A program made the translations under genes and the position numbers. Positions 37,585 through 46,760 of a stretch of 64,000 nt of DNA are shown here, piece after piece (position 1 is the first letter of the stretch; each line of letters opens with the position of its first letter). The notes below the pieces were generated by a model. That model did no database searches and was not told where the DNA came from. It saw nothing but the letters and a program-made list of their open reading frames with translations. Origin of the DNA: a bacterium (GTDB lineage: Bacteria > UBA8248); the NCBI GenBank assembly GCA_965199855.1, contig OZ241326.1, positions 2,240,001-2,304,000 of the forward strand, in the 5' to 3' direction.

Positions 37585-38343
37585 TTAATGGAGCATGTTA
37601 TGGACGGCTCCCTTGATCGCGCCGATAATGCTCATCGTGGTTTTTTCTCCCGAATAGACGAGAAGGCAACCGGTCGCGAGAACGCACGCGCTGATTATCG
37701 CCCACCGCCGCCGCGCCCGAGGAGGCGAGACGCTCCGACCTGGAGGAGCCTGGCCCGAGCCTGCTTTCAGTGGGACAGCCGCTTTCTCAACAGGAGACAC
37801 TTCGCGGGCGGGGCGCGCCCAATCCCCGCTTCTGAGCGTTCTGATGAGCATGTCGGCTTCGTGCCTGGTGAGTTCGGAAACGCGGCGCTTGCCCTCCGCC
37901 CTCCACGCGCCCAACAGTATCGAGTGATGCTACTCCAGCCGCTCGCCCTCACCGGAGACGTAGCGCGTGAAAAGGGTCTCGGCAATCCTCACGAACCCCT
38001 CGTCGGGGAAGTGGTGACCTCCCTGCCGCAATAAATCCACGATGTAGGATTTCTGTCTTTCGGTGAGCCTGTCGGCGTCCGCTCCCGCTTCTGAGCGTTT
38101 CTCCGACTCGGCCGCGGCGAGCGTCTTGCGGAGCGCGGTAATTATTCCGTGGCAGAGGTCGCAAAGTCCCGTAAGGTGGTCGGGCGTGATTTCCGCGTCG
38201 GGGCTATAGCGCTTTTGCCAGTGGTGCGCGGCCGTCGCCCGGAAGTGTCCGCAAGCCTGACACACCCCGCTTGAGCGCGCCAGCGCCGCCTCTCGCGCCT
38301 TTTGAAATCCGGGACCGTAGTCGTCCGCCATTTTCTCACTCAT
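37585..38343 (-). pseudogene. HNH-like zinc-finger nuclease fused to a C-terminal TM region, interrupted by an in-frame TAG at 37932-37930
   Basis: CQACG...AHHW...LTGLCDLCH. The ORFs 37930-38346 and 37585-37914 share a frame (RLE*HHSILLGAW). Confidence 0.55.
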
Positions 38344-38391
38344 CAAAAATCCCCTATCCCTGCTTTTGGGCGAAGCGTTTCTCGCAAGCCT

Positions 38392-38724
38392 TCAATTACA
38401 AGTGAAAAGATGCTCCATGGCCTCGCATTCACCATCATAGCAAGATACGAAACCATTGTAGGCCGAACAAAACCTCTTGCTACTTACGCACAACGAGCTC
38501 ACAAATTGCGCACTCTTGCCGTAGCGAACACAGCCTCTCTGGGCCTCGTTCCATATCTGATTCGGCGACGCCCACTGCCGGAACATGTTTTCTTTCGTGT
38601 TTCGCACCCTCACCATCGAATCGCTGATATCGGATATGACCGGAGGATTCGGAATGGTCATTTCAGCGCATCCTGCCGCTGTGAGCACCACCATTAGCAT
38701 CAGTGCCAAAATAATTTTCCGCAT
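38392..38724 (-). CDS. Small Cys-rich lipoprotein
   Basis: MRKIILALMLMVVLTAAG-C lipobox, with 6 further Cys in the mature part. Confidence 0.7.
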   Translation of the reverse strand: MRKIILALMLMVVLTAAGCAEMTIPNPPVISDISDSMVRVRNTKENMFRQWASPNQIWNEAQRGCVRYGKSAQFVSSLCVSSKRFCSAYNGFVSCYDGECEAMEHLFTCN

Positions 38725-39019
38725 GATTTCCCCAAAAACCGCCGCGATCCGGATCGGCGCTTCGTGAGCTGCGACCCAAATTTGTTGCGCTTTAGGTTTT
38801 TTAGCAACCACGAGGAAGGTCTTGCACTCGTGCTTCTAGGACAATTCGCCCGCTGACACTCAACAGCTTCTGTCTTCCGCATCAGCTTTTCAATCGCCCC
38901 CCAAAATGCGAGGGACGATGAAGCGCTCCTACACCGCGGCGGCGGAACGCGCCCCTCGCGCCCAGGCCGAAGCGGGTCGCCAAGCATGGTCGGCACGCCT
39001 GGGCGGACGAAGGAGCCGG

Positions 39020-40000
39020 CTAGCCGTCCATCGTCAGGACGATTTTTCCGAAAACCCCGCCCGTCATCAGCGTCTCGTGGGCGCGGGCGGCCTCGGCGAG
39101 CGGCATCGTCTCCCCCACGGCGGCGCGCACCTGGCCCTCGGCGAGCAGCAGATCGAGCTGGCGAATCATTTCGGGGAAAACGGGATCGGAGTTGAAGAGG
39201 CTCAGACCCCGGACGTCGATGTCCTTCGAGTAGAAGGGAGGATAGTTCACCGCGCCCACGGGGTTCTTGCCCGTTCCCGCGCCCAGGACGACGACGCAGC
39301 CGTATTTCTTCACCGCGCGGCAGTCGGCGTCGAAATTCTCCGTCGCCACCATTTCGATCACGGCGTCCACCCCGCGCCCGCCGGTCTCCGCCAGGCAGCG
39401 CTCGGCGAAATCCTCGTCGCGGTAGTTGACGATCACGTCCGCGCCGAAGCCGCGGCAGAACTCCGCCTTCCCGGCCGAGCTCACCGTGGTGATGACGCGC
39501 GCCCCCGCCGCCTTGGCGATTTGAATCGCCATGCAGCCCACGCCGCCCGCGCCCGCGTGGATGAGGACGGTCTCGCCCGCCTTGACGCGCGCCTTGTATA
39601 TCAGCGCGTAGTAGGCCGTATACAAAACCACCGGAAAGGAGGCGCCCTCCTCGAAGGAGAGACTCTCGGGAAGCCTCGCCGTCCGGGAGGGATTCAGAAT
39701 CGCCTTCTCCGCGTAGCTACCGCTCGACGCGGCGCCGAATACCCTGTCCCCCGGGGAGAACCCCTCCACGCCCTCGCCCACGGCGAGCACCTCGCCCGCC
39801 GCGTCGATGCCGGGCGTCCAGGGCAGGGACAGGCTCTTCGAGAGCGGATGGGCACCCGAGCGAAAGGTCGTGTCCACGGGGTTCACCCCCGCCGCGCGCA
39901 CCCGCGCGAGAATTTCTCCCGCCGAGGGGGTCGGCTCCTCCGCCTCCTCGAGAACCATCACCTCGGGGCCTCCGAACTCGCGCACATGTATGGCTTTCAT
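39020..40000 (-). CDS. NADPH:quinone oxidoreductase (MDR family), third paralog
   Basis: MKAI.V.EFGGPEV, AAGVNPVD, HAGAGGVG, GKIVL. Confidence 0.92.
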   Translation of the reverse strand: MKAIHVREFGGPEVMVLEEAEEPTPSAGEILARVRAAGVNPVDTTFRSGAHPLSKSLSLPWTPGIDAAGEVLAVGEGVEGFSPGDRVFGAASSGSYAEKAILNPSRTARLPESLSFEEGASFPVVLYTAYYALIYKARVKAGETVLIHAGAGGVGCMAIQIAKAAGARVITTVSSAGKAEFCRGFGADVIVNYRDEDFAERCLAETGGRGVDAVIEMVATENFDADCRAVKKYGCVVVLGAGTGKNPVGAVNYPPFYSKDIDVRGLSLFNSDPVFPEMIRQLDLLLAEGQVRAAVGETMPLAEAARAHETLMTGGVFGKIVLTMDG

Positions 40001-40147
40001 CGTCGTCTCCCGTTGGAAAAAGCAGGACGCCGCGGCGCGCGGCTCTTTCTCGCCGCCGCCCGAAGCGCCGCTCTCGATAAAGCTGTTCCATATTCTCTAT
40101 CACACCCGCGCAGAAAACGCTCCCGCGCCGGCCGATCGCCGAAGGTC

Positions 40148-40175
40148 TTGACACGGCCGGCGGAGCGTAGATAAT
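40148..40175 (+). promoter_or_regulatory. Sigma70-type promoter of the TRAP/catabolic operon
   Basis: TTGACA-N16-GATAAT. Confidence 0.6.
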
Positions 40176-40354
40176 GAGGCATTCTTCCAGACGGAATCGA
40201 CGCGCTCCCCGCCGGCGCGAGCCATGGAGGCGGGAAGCCCGAAGAACGCGCGCGGCTTCGGGGAGATTTCCGCAGGGGCAGGGCCTTCATCGGGTGATGC
40301 GGCGTCATCACCATTGCAATCGCGCATGACCTCACCACCGAAAAGGAGTCGGCA

Positions 40355-41344
40355 ATGAAGAAATTCTCGTTCTTCCTGGCAGCGGCGGCCACGGCGCTCA
40401 TGATGGGCGCGGCGGACGCGGCGGAGCGCTACCGCTTCGGGGGCGGCCCCTCCGGCGGGGGCTGGCATCCGGCCATCAGCGCGGGAACCCAGCTGCTCAA
40501 CAGAAAGCTGGGCGGCAAGTTCTACTTCCAGTATTCCCCCTCGGCCGGCTCGGTGGCCAACGTGCGCCGCGTGGGCCTCGGCGAGTTCGGCACCTCGTGG
40601 GGGCACGTGGGCCAAGTCTATCAATCCTGGACGGGCACGGGCCTTTTCAAGAAGGACGGAGCGAACAAGAACTTCCGCATCGTGGCCAACGTCCGCGCCC
40701 AGGGGCAGATCATCGCCGTGCTGGCGGACAGCCCCATCAAGTCCTACAAGGACATGGCGGGCAAGCGGGTGAACCTGCTCAAGCAGGGCACCGGCAGCCA
40801 CGTGAACTGCAAGAACATCTTCGCGGCCATCGGGCTTCTCGACAAGGTTCAGCCGCGGTATCTCGGCTTCTCCGCCTCGGGCCGCGCCCTGGGGGATCGC
40901 CAGATCGACGTCTACTGCTCGGCCGGCGCCCCCTTCACCATCCCCGCGCTCACCCGGCTCTCCATCCAGAAGCCGGTGCGCTACGTAAGCCTCACCGAGG
41001 CCGAGCAGAAGGCCGTGACCTCCCGGCACAAGTTCTACGTGCCGGTCACCATCCCGCCCCAGAAGGAAGTCCGCGGGATGACGCAGTCCGCCCGCTCCAT
41101 CGCCTACGACGTGTGGTGGATCGCGCACAAGCAGATGTCCGACGCCGCCATCTACAACATGCTGAAGGTCATCGCCGATCCGAACAACCTCAAGCAGCTC
41201 ACCAAGACGGCGCGGTATTGGCGCGACCTGAGCGGCAACTTCAACGCCCTGAAGGTGCACAAGATCTGGGTGCACCCCGCCGCCGCGCGCTACTGGAAGG
41301 AGCGCGGCGTGAGCGTGCCCGCCGAAGTCGTGAAGGGCTACTAG
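40355..41344 (+). CDS. TAXI-family TRAP transporter solute-binding subunit
   Basis: Signal peptide, GG.SGG.W, S.GSVAN, GKRVN....GTG, VHPAAARYWKE. Confidence 0.9.
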   Translation: MKKFSFFLAAAATALMMGAADAAERYRFGGGPSGGGWHPAISAGTQLLNRKLGGKFYFQYSPSAGSVANVRRVGLGEFGTSWGHVGQVYQSWTGTGLFKKDGANKNFRIVANVRAQGQIIAVLADSPIKSYKDMAGKRVNLLKQGTGSHVNCKNIFAAIGLLDKVQPRYLGFSASGRALGDRQIDVYCSAGAPFTIPALTRLSIQKPVRYVSLTEAEQKAVTSRHKFYVPVTIPPQKEVRGMTQSARSIAYDVWWIAHKQMSDAAIYNMLKVIADPNNLKQLTKTARYWRDLSGNFNALKVHKIWVHPAAARYWKERGVSVPAEVVKGY

Positions 41345-41382
41345 GGAATTCCCGCGCCGCGGGCGCGAACGCGGAAGAAATC

Positions 41383-41421
41383 CCCCGGGGAGGAGACGCG
41401 GAGGCGCCCTCCTCCCCGGGG
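41383..41421 (+). other. Intercistronic stem-loop after the solute-binding gene
   Basis: Perfect 13-bp stem CCCCGGGGAGGAG/CTCCTCCCCGGGG, a typical mRNA-stabilising or partial-termination position. Confidence 0.6.
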
Positions 41422-41483
41422 TTCCCTCGCGCTTCTTTCCCCTGAACCGGGGGCTGAACCGCCCATGCCGAGGTAAGGACGCG

Positions 41484-43955
41484 ATGCTCCGGAATCTCCT
41501 CCCCATCCTGATGAAGATCGGCCTCATCTCGGACGAAATGATCAGGCCCCGCGATCTGCGGGGCTTCTCGCGCGCGGTCGTCTCCGTCATATCGGTGGCG
41601 TTCTCCTACTTTTTCGTGCACATCTCCTACTTCGGCCCGCCGCGCTCGGAAATCTTCAAGGGCGTCTATATTCTGGCGACCGCCGCGCTGTGCATCCTCG
41701 TCTATAAAAGCCGGCAGCGGCCCGTCCGCGAGGGCTTCGCCTGGCTGGACGAAATCTTCTCGCTCCTCGCCCTCGCCGCCCTGTGCGCGTCGCTCGCCCT
41801 GTGGCTCTACTGGGCCGCCTTCCACCGGGGCGGGCTGTGGAGCGAGTTCATGGTCGGGGCGGCGTGGCCCGTCGCCCTGGGCGGCGGGCTGTTCGGCGTC
41901 TTCCTGTATCGCCGCGAGGCCGCGCGGGAGCGCGTCCCGGAGCTCCCGACGCTCGCCGACTGGCTGTTCATCGCCGCCGCCGTCGCCCCCATCATCTGGT
42001 GGAACATCTACAACATCGAGCTCACCACGCGCATCGGCGGCCCCGTGCCCGCCTCGGTGGTCATCTACACCGCCCTGCTCACGGCGGTGAGCTTCGACGT
42101 CGCGCGGCGGGTCATCGGCCCCGTCATCCCCTTCATCGGCTTCCTGTTTCTCATCTACACCTTCCGGCCCGTCGCGCAGATCTCGCCGGGCCTCCTGTTC
42201 CACGACGGCTTCGGGCTCGACCGCGTGGCCGAGTTCCTCATGCTCGAGGCCGACGGCATCACCGGCCTCATCGTCGAGGTGTTCGCCACCTACATCGTCA
42301 TCTTCGTGGTGCTCGGCGCCTTTCTGGAGAAGACGGGCCTCGGCGAGTTCCTCATCGACGCCACCTACCGGCTCACGGGGCAGAAGACGGGCGGCCCCGG
42401 CCTCACGGCCGTCATGTCGAGCGGGCTGTTCGGCATGATATCGGGCAGCGGCGTGGCCAACGTGGTGACGACGGGAACCTTCACCATCCCGCTCATGAAG
42501 CGGGTGGGCTACCGCTCCGAGTTCGCCGGCGCGGTCGAGGCGGCCGCCTCCACGGGCGGCGCCTACATGCCGCCCATCATGGCGGGCGCCGCCTTCCTCG
42601 TCGCGCAGCTCACCGAAACGCCCTATTTCGAGATCGTCAAAATCGCGACGCTGCCCGCCATCCTCTACTATCTCTCCGTGGGCTACATGGTCTATATCCG
42701 CGCCGTGCGGCGCGGGCTTCACGGCGTGCCCGCCTCGGAGCTGCCGCCGTGGAGCAAAATCGTCCCGCGCCTCCACTTCCTGCTGCCGATTCCGGTGATG
42801 GTGTATTACCTCGTCATCGGAGACTCCGCCTTCCTGGCGGCCTTCAAGACCATCTGCATCATCGTCATGCTGAAGTCCTGCGAACTGCTCTCGGCCTTCA
42901 AAACCCCGACGGCGGAGAAGACGGCGCGCCCGTTCCTGCTCATCTCCATCGTCTTCGGCGTCTTCTCCTATTACTTCGGGCTGAAGGTCGGCGCGCCCTT
43001 CTCCTGGTTCGCGGACACGCTGCGCGGGATGAACTGGGGAGACGGCCTGATGTGGACGATAGCCGCCTTCCTCCTCCTGAAGCTCGGCGAAATCCTCACG
43101 GCCGCCCTCCAAAGCGGCTCCTCCGCCGGCCCCGAATACGAAACGGGGCCCATCCTCTTCACGCGGCTGCGCGAATTCGTCCTCGAAATCATCAGAATCA
43201 CCTGGGTCTCCCTGGAGGCCGGCGCGAGAAACACCCTCGTCATCGGCTGCATCGCCTGCGTTCTGGGCATCCTTCTTTCCTGCGCGACGCAGAGCGACCT
43301 GTCCGGGCGCATCTCCATCCTGCTGACGGAGTTCAGCTTCGGGCTTCTGCCGCTCACCATCATCTGGGTGATCATCGCCGGCTACATCGTCGGCATGGGC
43401 CTGCCCATCACGGCGAGCTACGTGGTGCTGGTCATCTTCGGCGTCATCGCGCTCACCAACCTGGGGATTCCCACGGTGCACGCCCACCTCATCTGCTACT
43501 GGGTGGCCGTCGTGAGCGCGGTGACCCCTCCGGTCGCCCTGGCGGCCTACGCGGCGAGCGCCATCGCCGTCTCCGACCCGGTGAAGACCGGCTTTCAGGC
43601 GCTCAAGCTCGCCTCCTGGCTCTTCATCATGCCGTTTCTGTTCGTCTATACCCCGCTGCTCCTGAACGGCACGCCGACCGAGGTGGCCATCACCTTCGGG
43701 GCGTGCCTCGTCGGCATCGTCGGCTGGGCCGGGTGGATGGAGAATTTCATGACGCGCCCCGCCAACGGCGTCGAGCGCGCGCTGATGTTCGTGAGTTCGG
43801 TGTGCCTGCTCCTGCCCGTGGGAAATTTCGTGGTGTTCATCACCCCGATGGAGGGAGACCTGAGGTACGCCTCATACGCCGTCGGGCTGCTCGCCATCGC
43901 GGCGGCGCTCGTCATGCAGAGAACCCGCGCGGGCGGAAGCCCGCGCGCCGCCTGA
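41484..43955 (+). CDS. TRAP transporter fused 4TM/12TM permease
   Basis: SSGLFGMISGS.VANV.TTG.FTIPLM, EAAASTGG..MPPIM, GMGLP.TA.Y, TPPVALAAYA. Confidence 0.95.
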   Translation: MLRNLLPILMKIGLISDEMIRPRDLRGFSRAVVSVISVAFSYFFVHISYFGPPRSEIFKGVYILATAALCILVYKSRQRPVREGFAWLDEIFSLLALAALCASLALWLYWAAFHRGGLWSEFMVGAAWPVALGGGLFGVFLYRREAARERVPELPTLADWLFIAAAVAPIIWWNIYNIELTTRIGGPVPASVVIYTALLTAVSFDVARRVIGPVIPFIGFLFLIYTFRPVAQISPGLLFHDGFGLDRVAEFLMLEADGITGLIVEVFATYIVIFVVLGAFLEKTGLGEFLIDATYRLTGQKTGGPGLTAVMSSGLFGMISGSGVANVVTTGTFTIPLMKRVGYRSEFAGAVEAAASTGGAYMPPIMAGAAFLVAQLTETPYFEIVKIATLPAILYYLSVGYMVYIRAVRRGLHGVPASELPPWSKIVPRLHFLLPIPVMVYYLVIGDSAFLAAFKTICIIVMLKSCELLSAFKTPTAEKTARPFLLISIVFGVFSYYFGLKVGAPFSWFADTLRGMNWGDGLMWTIAAFLLLKLGEILTAALQSGSSAGPEYETGPILFTRLREFVLEIIRITWVSLEAGARNTLVIGCIACVLGILLSCATQSDLSGRISILLTEFSFGLLPLTIIWVIIAGYIVGMGLPITASYVVLVIFGVIALTNLGIPTVHAHLICYWVAVVSAVTPPVALAAYAASAIAVSDPVKTGFQALKLASWLFIMPFLFVYTPLLLNGTPTEVAITFGACLVGIVGWAGWMENFMTRPANGVERALMFVSSVCLLLPVGNFVVFITPMEGDLRYASYAVGLLAIAAALVMQRTRAGGSPRAA

Positions 43956-43982
43956 TTCATCCATCCCCCGAAAGGAGGCGAG

Positions 43983-44612
43983 ATGAGCGGCGCTCCTCCC
44001 CTCAGGCGCGTCCAGCACGTGGGTCTGAAAGTCCACGACCTCGACGAGGCGGTGAATTTCTACGGCGGCGTCATGGGGCTCACCATCTCGGATCGCTACG
44101 AGCCGGGCGACAACCCCCACAATCCCTGGGGCATCTGCTTCATGCGCTGCGGCGAGGGGCATCACGAAATATCCCTCATCGCGTATCCCGAAGAAGCCGG
44201 CCTCTCGCCGAAGGAGGGCGGCATGAGAAAGCCCGAGGTCGGCCTCCACCACGTCGCCTTCGAGGTGGACTCCAGGGAGGAGCTGGAAGCCTGGGCGGCC
44301 CACGTCCGCTCGCGGGGAATCGACATCGCGGCGGGGCCGCTCGTCCACAGCCCGACGCACCCCGAGGGGGACGGCACCCTGGGCGAGAACCGCGCCTTTT
44401 ACTTTCACGACCCCTCCGGAAACGGAATCGAGATTTTCTGCGACATGGCGCGGATGGACGCGGGCGCGAACCGGGTGAGCGAGGAATGGCATCGGGCGCG
44501 CCTGGAGCGGGACGGATACGCGCGCGACGCCGCGGACCCGCCCCCCGCGTGGCGGCCCGGCGTCTCCAGCATGGCGGGGGCGAAGGAGAAATTCGGCCGG
44601 CCCTCCTCCTGA
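43983..44612 (+). CDS. VOC/glyoxalase family protein (extradiol dioxygenase-like domain)
   Basis: HVGLKV.D, HHEISL, LHHVAFEV, FYF.DPSGN.IEIF. Confidence 0.88.
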   Translation: MSGAPPLRRVQHVGLKVHDLDEAVNFYGGVMGLTISDRYEPGDNPHNPWGICFMRCGEGHHEISLIAYPEEAGLSPKEGGMRKPEVGLHHVAFEVDSREELEAWAAHVRSRGIDIAAGPLVHSPTHPEGDGTLGENRAFYFHDPSGNGIEIFCDMARMDAGANRVSEEWHRARLERDGYARDAADPPPAWRPGVSSMAGAKEKFGRPSS

Positions 44613-44640
44613 CGCCCGAGACCGAGAGAGAAAGCGCAAA

Positions 44641-45597
44641 ATGCCGCATCGCGTCGTAAGCGTGGACGAGCGCAGCAGAACGCAGCCGGCGCGCCGGGCG
44701 TTCATGGAGGAATACCTGCATGAGGGCTACGAGTTCATCGTGCCGGACTCGTTCGCCGAGGACGCCCTGCTGGAGGAGGCGCGAGGCGCCTGCGCGCTCG
44801 TCACCGGCTTCGCCCCCATCACGCGGAAGCTCATGGAGGCGGGGCCCGGCATCAAGGTCGTCGGCAAGGCGGGCGCCGGCGTGGACAACATCGACCTGGC
44901 GGCCGCCACCGAGCTCGGCATCCCCGTCGCCAACGCCCCCGGCTGGATGCGCTGCGTCCCCGTGGCGGAGCACGCCATGGCGCTCATGCTCATGCTGGCG
45001 CGCAGGCCCCGGCTCTGGCCGACGGGGGAGCGCAGGCTCCACGTTCAGCTTCAGGGGGCGACGCTCGGCGTCGTGGGCCTCGGCAACATCGGCCGGGCGC
45101 TCGCCCGGCGCGCCGCCGGCTTCGAGATGGAAATTCTCGCCCACACGCGCACGCGGGGAAAATTCCGGCCGGAAGGCTTCCGGGTGGAGGAGACGGCGAC
45201 GCTCGAGGAGCTCCTGCCGCGCGCCGACTTCGTGGCGCTCACCCTGCCCCTGACGCCGGAGAGCCGGGGGCTGATCGGCGCGAGGGAGCTCGGGCTGATG
45301 AAGGAGACGGCGCTTCTCGTCAACGTCTCGCGCGGCGCCCACGTGGAGACGGACGCGCTCGTCCGCGCCCTGCGCGAGGGGGGCATAGCCGGCGCGGGAC
45401 TCGACGTCACCGACCCGGAGCCCCTGCCCGGGGATCACCCCCTGCGCCGGCTTCCCGGCGTCGTCCTCTCCCCGCACAACGCCGCCCAGACCGAGAGCGT
45501 CCAGCGCGAGAGCTACAGGCTTTTGTGCGATAATATCAGGCGGGCGGTGGAGGGCGAGAAGGTCACCTCGCTCGCCAACCCCGGGCTCTACGACTGA
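44641..45597 (+). CDS. D-isomer-specific 2-hydroxyacid dehydrogenase
   Basis: GAGVDNID, VAEHA, GVVGLGNIG, NVSRG, GLDV...EP, SPHNA. Confidence 0.92.
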   Translation: MPHRVVSVDERSRTQPARRAFMEEYLHEGYEFIVPDSFAEDALLEEARGACALVTGFAPITRKLMEAGPGIKVVGKAGAGVDNIDLAAATELGIPVANAPGWMRCVPVAEHAMALMLMLARRPRLWPTGERRLHVQLQGATLGVVGLGNIGRALARRAAGFEMEILAHTRTRGKFRPEGFRVEETATLEELLPRADFVALTLPLTPESRGLIGARELGLMKETALLVNVSRGAHVETDALVRALREGGIAGAGLDVTDPEPLPGDHPLRRLPGVVLSPHNAAQTESVQRESYRLLCDNIRRAVEGEKVTSLANPGLYD

Positions 45598-45623
45598 AGC
45601 GCGCCCGCGAAGGAGGACCCCTC

Positions 45624-46760
45624 ATGGAGGATGCGCCCGTTCGGGGTCTCGAAGGCGTAGTAGCCGCCGATACGCGGATATGCGATCTGGACGGCGTGAA
45701 CGGCGCGCTGGCCTATCGCGGCTACGACGCGCCGGAAATGGCGCGCGAAGGGGCGACGTTCGAGGAAATCGCCCATCTCCTGTGGCGCGGCGAGCTGCCG
45801 GACCGGGAGCAGTTCAAGGCGTTCGACGCGCAGCTCAAGGCCGAGCGCGCGCTCTCGCCGGAGCTCCTGCGCGCTCTCGGACGGATGCCCCCCGGCAGGC
45901 AGCGGACGGCGGCGCTGCGGGCGGGCGTCGGCGCGATGGGGCTTTTCGACCCCGAGGCGGAGGACGACGCGCCGGAGGCGAACCTCAGAAAAGCGATGCG
46001 CCTCACCGCGAAAATGCCCACCCTCATCGCCGCCCAGCACAGGCTGGCGGCGGGCCTCAGGCCCTTAAGTCCCCGCAGGGGACTCGGCCACGCGGCGAAC
46101 TTCCTCTACATGATCACCGGCGAGGCGCCCGACGGGGAGGACGCCCGCGCGCTCGACGCCTCCCTCGTCCTCTACGCCGAGCACGAGATCAACGCCTCCA
46201 CCTTCGCGGCGCGGGTCGCCGCATCCACGATGTCGGACATCTACTCCGCCGTCACGGCGGGCGTCTGCGCCCTGAAGGGCCCGCTGCACGGGGGCGCCGG
46301 CCTGGCGGTGATGGAGACGCTGCGCGAGATCGGCGAAGTCGAGAACGTGGAGCCCTTCGTGGAGGCGGCGCTCGCGCGAAAGAGGCTGTTCATGGGGTTC
46401 GGCCACCGCGTCTATGCGAAGAGCGGAGACCCGCGCGCGGGCGTCCTCGCCGCGCTGGCCGAGGAGGTGTGCCGCCGCCCCGGCCGGGAGAGCAAGTGGT
46501 TCGAGATGGCGAAGGCGCTCGACCGCGCGGTGGGCAGCCGAAAGGGCGTCATCCCCAACGTGGACTTCTACTCCGCTCCCCTCTGGCAGGGGCTGGGGAT
46601 TCCCATGGAGCTCTTCGTCCCCGTCATCGCCATGTCGAGGGTCGCCGGCTGGACGGCCAACGTTCTGGAGCAGAAGGCCGACAACCGCCTCATCCGCCCC
46701 CGCGCGCGCTACGTCGGCGCGGCCAGGCGGCCCTACAGCCCCCTCGGAAGCCGTGGCTGA
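45624..46760 (+). CDS. Citrate synthase / 2-methylcitrate synthase family
   Basis: GLEGV, EHEINASTF, GPLHGGA, GFGHRVY, PNVDFY; the catalytic His/His/Asp are retained. Confidence 0.93.
   Translation: MEDAPVRGLEGVVAADTRICDLDGVNGALAYRGYDAPEMAREGATFEEIAHLLWRGELPDREQFKAFDAQLKAERALSPELLRALGRMPPGRQRTAALRAGVGAMGLFDPEAEDDAPEANLRKAMRLTAKMPTLIAAQHRLAAGLRPLSPRRGLGHAANFLYMITGEAPDGEDARALDASLVLYAEHEINASTFAARVAASTMSDIYSAVTAGVCALKGPLHGGAGLAVMETLREIGEVENVEPFVEAALARKRLFMGFGHRVYAKSGDPRAGVLAALAEEVCRRPGRESKWFEMAKALDRAVGSRKGVIPNVDFYSAPLWQGLGIPMELFVPVIAMSRVAGWTANVLEQKADNRLIRPRARYVGAARRPYSPLGSRG

Noticed and set aside
37930-37932. Pyrrolysine or programmed amber read-through
   Set aside because: No pyl genes or methylamine methyltransferase context in the window, and TAG serves as a normal stop in many genes here.
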